A stretch of DNA of 64,000 bases from a bacterium. GTDB lineage: Bacteria > Zhuqueibacterota > Zhuqueibacteria > Oceanimicrobiales > Oceanimicrobiaceae. The position numbers and the translations under genes are program-made. The DNA is taken from NCBI GenBank assembly GCA_046757025.1, contig JBHHXN010000011.1:1-64000 (forward strand), in the 5' to 3' direction. The notes beneath the pieces were generated by a model that was not told the origin of the DNA, did not search any database, and was given only the letters and a program-made list of their open reading frames with translations. Each line of letters begins with the position of its first letter. Position 1 is the first letter of the stretch. This document shows, piece after piece, positions 60,794 through 64,000 of the stretch.

Positions 60794-62430
60794 TGCTCCG
60801 CGTGGGATTGCAACTGTTGGGTGTTGACTACCACCAGTGGCGCGCTCTGGTAAAAACCGCCATTCGCAAAGACTTCCGCCAATCCACCATGTCCACTACC
60901 CTGAGCCACGGTCGTACGGGCAAACGCATTTTTCTCAGCCTGCTTTTCTTCTACTTGTTAGTGGGCTTCTTGTTTGTGCCGGTAATCGTTTCCAGTGCAA
61001 GCGGATTTTTTTCAGCCACTTTGCTCATCACCTACACCATGTTCATGATTGGCGGCTTGATTCTGGTGGAATACAACACCGTGGTGGTCTCGCTGGATGA
61101 TTTCCTGGTGCTGGGTTACCGTCCGGTCTCTTCCAGGACTTTTTTCTTTGTGCGACTCACGAACATTCTGTTTTATGTGCTGACTTTTTCCATGTTGCTT
61201 AGTCTGCCGGCCATCGCCGCGTTTTTATTTGCAAACGGTTTTCAACCGCTCACTGGTGTGGCGGCTTTTGTGAGTGTTTTTTTAGCGAATACGGCCATGT
61301 CTTTAAACATGGTTTTGTTTTACACGTACATTTTAAAAAAAATCAACGCCCGGCGCGTAAAAAATCTCCTGGCAATTTTGCAGGTGGGCATGGCTTTTTT
61401 TATTTACAGCAGTTTTTTTGTCATCCCCAATCTGCTGGAAAACTCCAAATTTTATACCGCCATTCTGGAACGCGCCGTCTGGATTTTATTCTTGCCATCC
61501 ACCTGGTTTAGCAGCTATCTTCCCATTTTGACCGGGGAAGCTGTGGCCATGGACTATCTTCTCGCAAGCCTGTCCCTGCTGATGCTGTTGAGCTCTGGCT
61601 ATTTCGCCGTGTCCCGGCTTTCCATGCATTACGCGGAGAGCTTGTCGGAAGTGACCGAGACGACTGCGGGCAAAAAGCAGCTACCCCGAAGATTTATGAA
61701 ACCGTTTTTACTATTTGCCCATGCGCACGAAGAAAGGGTGGTCTCGAAATTGATCCGAAACCAGTTTTTGTACGACAACAAATTTAAAATGGCGGTACTG
61801 GGTATTTTACCCCTCACCATTTTCTATTTATTTGTGGGCGTTGAAAAGGGGCCGTTGCCCAATCCGTTTGAGTCGTACGATTTCGCAATGGGACGCTCGG
61901 GCTTGCTCTATCTACTGGTGTTTCTGTTTCCTATGATGCTACGAACCTACGTCACTCAGAGCGACGACTACCATGCTTCCTGGATATTTTACACCACCCC
62001 CTCCGATGTGTGCCGCTTGATTCTTTCGGAAAAGAATTTTTTGATGATCTATTTTGTGCTGCCGTTTTTGTTCATACTCGGAGTGATTTTTTATCATTAT
62101 TTCCAAAACCTGCTGCACGTGCTGCTGCATATTCTGGTGCTGGGGTTGCTGGCACATTTTTTCTTGCAACTGGCGTTCCTGTACTCGCCCGATTTGCCGT
62201 TTTCGCGGCCCAATGTCAAAGGCAGCCGCACCCGCAACATGGCGATATTCATCGTTATCATTCCGTTCATAATTTATCTGTTCCTGCCGTTGATTTTTAA
62301 ATTTGTTTATTCGAACCCGGCCAGTTTCCTGACCTTTGCCATCACTATTTTGACTGTCTCTTTGGTGCTGGAGAGCTTGATTCAGGTTCGGGTGAAACTC
62401 TATATGAAACATTTTGAATTTCCAGGATGA
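60793..62430 (+). CDS. ABC transporter permease-like polytopic membrane protein
   Basis: Twelve or more TM segments in two halves; overlaps stop codon of ATPase gene. Confidence 0.8.
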   Translation: MLRVGLQLLGVDYHQWRALVKTAIRKDFRQSTMSTTLSHGRTGKRIFLSLLFFYLLVGFLFVPVIVSSASGFFSATLLITYTMFMIGGLILVEYNTVVVSLDDFLVLGYRPVSSRTFFFVRLTNILFYVLTFSMLLSLPAIAAFLFANGFQPLTGVAAFVSVFLANTAMSLNMVLFYTYILKKINARRVKNLLAILQVGMAFFIYSSFFVIPNLLENSKFYTAILERAVWILFLPSTWFSSYLPILTGEAVAMDYLLASLSLLMLLSSGYFAVSRLSMHYAESLSEVTETTAGKKQLPRRFMKPFLLFAHAHEERVVSKLIRNQFLYDNKFKMAVLGILPLTIFYLFVGVEKGPLPNPFESYDFAMGRSGLLYLLVFLFPMMLRTYVTQSDDYHASWIFYTTPSDVCRLILSEKNFLMIYFVLPFLFILGVIFYHYFQNLLHVLLHILVLGLLAHFFLQLAFLYSPDLPFSRPNVKGSRTRNMAIFIVIIPFIIYLFLPLIFKFVYSNPASFLTFAITILTVSLVLESLIQVRVKLYMKHFEFPG

Positions 62431-62520
62431 AATGGCCTGCCTCCGCACCCATTGTCTGCTGCACGTTATCAATTTTATATGTTAATTGTGCAAAAACTTT
62501 AACAGAATCCCATCTAAAAA

Positions 62521-62946
62521 TTGATTAATCCCGTGTCAATTGGTTTGTACTCAAAAAGAATCGCTATCCTCACCCTGCTAACCTTGATTTTCATTTTTGA
62601 CGATGTACTGCTCTATTTGCTGTTAAAAAATATATTTGAGTGGCAAATTGACTTTTATCTGTTGAGCCTGGCTACGGCCGTGGTGCTGGCTCTAAACCTG
62701 TCCCTGGCTTGGTTGGTGTACAAGATCATGCGCAAGCAGCCCCGCACCGGCCAGCAGGGCATGATCGGCAAAATTGGGGTGGTGCGAGAAAAAATAAAGG
62801 GCGTCGGCAAAATTCGAGTTCAGGGGGAAATCTGGCAGGCGGAGAGTGCTGAGGTGATCAAAGCAGGGGAGAAGGTCGTGGTGGAAAAAGTAGAGGGGTT
62901 GACATTGTTTGTGAACAAAATAGATTATCCAAAACAAGAAAATTAA
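62521..62946 (+). CDS. short NfeD-family protein
   Basis: Two TMs then TG..GMIGKIG, GKIRVQGEIWQA, VEGLTLFV. Confidence 0.88.
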   Translation: MINPVSIGLYSKRIAILTLLTLIFIFDDVLLYLLLKNIFEWQIDFYLLSLATAVVLALNLSLAWLVYKIMRKQPRTGQQGMIGKIGVVREKIKGVGKIRVQGEIWQAESAEVIKAGEKVVVEKVEGLTLFVNKIDYPKQEN

Positions 62947-62954
62947 ATCCGGTA

Positions 62955-63022
62955 GGTGTTCACGCTTTTGCGCGTGCCGGTGTGTTCAAGCTTTAGCATT
63001 TCGGGGAGGGGGCGAAACACGC
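62955..63022. repeat. REP cluster, GTGTTCA family
   Basis: GGTGTTCACGCTTTTGCGCGTG, GTGTTCAAGCTTTAGC, and an inverted copy split by the MITE. Confidence 0.7.
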
Positions 63023-63026
63023 TGAA

Positions 63027-63184
63027 GCGTCTGTGTGAAAAGTAGAGTCGAAACATTTTTAAGCTTAACACCGCTTAGATGTCATTCTGGATAAATCTTG
63101 TTAATTAACAGCACCTTACGTCCTACAAAACAAGATTCTTACAGAATGACAAAATTACCTATGTCTGACTTTTCACACAGGTTC
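63027..63184. mobile_element. MITE family C, copy 2
   Basis: TIR core CTGTGTGAAAA/TTTTCACACAG; TSD TGAA; shares AACAGCACCTTACGTCC with reverse complement of copy 1. Confidence 0.85.
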
Positions 63185-63274
63185 TGAAGCGTGAACCCCC
63201 ACTCTCTAACAAATCAACCCATTTTATTGTAACTACAAACCTAAATCGCTCAAATCAGAATAGAGGCGGATTTA

Positions 63275-64000
63275 TCACCAGGTGGCTTCGTTTGGGATGA
63301 GATGCACCTCCGTTTCCCATTTACAGTCGTCTCCGTCAAAGCGGCCCACGATCTCGCCGGCGTAATTCAAGTAAAAGAAGCAGCTATCATTCAATTTTAC
63401 ATGTATCTCTTTTTCGCGCTCGCCCTTAACTCTCACACCGATAATTTTACCACTCTTACTGGAGCTTGCCGGAGTGACATAGCGATACCAGACCTGGCTG
63501 CCTGCCGGAGCCTTCCCGAGGTACGGCGGCGCCTGCCCGAAGATCGACCGCCCCTGCAGCAGGAACATGGCGTAATGGTTGTCATGGGTTTTAAAGGACG
63601 TCACGCGTTTGAGGTCGTTATTCACTGCACCGCAAAAAATCTCTGGGTAACCGTCGCCATCGAGGTCTTCAATTAGCAACTTCACGATATAGCCCGGATT
63701 CCAATAAGTTTTTATCTCTGTGAAAGACGAATCTTTAAAGCGCAAAACAGCCAGTCTGGATGGGTAGTACTCCACTCCGCGCACCGCCACCACCAGCTCC
63801 ATAATCCCGTCCTTTTCCAGGTCCGTCAGTTGAAAATCCAAAATGTTTTTTTGCGGCTCCTGCGCCGGGTAGATGGAGGGCTTCCACATGTTGTGTTCGG
63901 TGATGAGCTCCCCCTGTTCGTTCCACACGAACAACCAGCCCGGGCGCTCGCCCCAATCCGCGGAGTTGTATCTCACTGTCCCGGCGATGACTTCCATGCT
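63275..64000 (-). CDS. C-terminal part of protein with FG-GAP/VCBS-like repeats (partial)
   Basis: Frame open to window end; DLEKDGIMEL and DLDGDGYPEI motifs. Confidence 0.7.
   Translation of the reverse strand, partial: SMEVIAGTVRYNSADWGERPGWLFVWNEQGELITEHNMWKPSIYPAQEPQKNILDFQLTDLEKDGIMELVVAVRGVEYYPSRLAVLRFKDSSFTEIKTYWNPGYIVKLLIEDLDGDGYPEIFCGAVNNDLKRVTSFKTHDNHYAMFLLQGRSIFGQAPPYLGKAPAGSQVWYRYVTPASSSKSGKIIGVRVKGEREKEIHVKLNDSCFFYLNYAGEIVGRFDGDDCKWETEVHLIPNEATW

Overview
A 64-kb chromosomal segment of a diderm FCB-group bacterium. The gene mix (DUF2851, PorV, T9SS-type CTD protein, peptidase-PD40-Omp85 fusions) suggests a KSB1/Calditrichota-like lineage; this is an inference. The backbone is housekeeping: adk, tRNA-Glu/His/Arg, UvrD-nuclease fusion, aceE, bcp, 5'-3' exonuclease, accB-accC-gcvH, rpiA and an S41 protease, interspersed with many envelope genes. 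No CRISPR, integrase or transposase is visible. Most interesting observations: (1) a three-gene operon at 47063-49541 (exported 91-aa peptide, kinase-less multi-TM protein, degenerate sigma54-type AAA+/Fis regulator) whose 5' leader can pair with either of two start-codon regions, a candidate peptide-signalling system; (2) a cassette at 16635-20612 with two YjbH-like barrels, a small OM barrel and a lipoprotein with a symmetric six-Cys helical hairpin; (3) apparent pseudoenzymes: a GH13 lacking both catalytic Asp residues coupled to an ABC transporter, and an M6-like protease lacking HExxH next to porV; (4) two peptidase-PD40-Omp85 loci; (5) several MITE families with 4-bp TSDs, one targeting REP loops and one nested; (6) a 6S-like RNA candidate. 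All functional calls come from motif recognition by eye; no searches were run.
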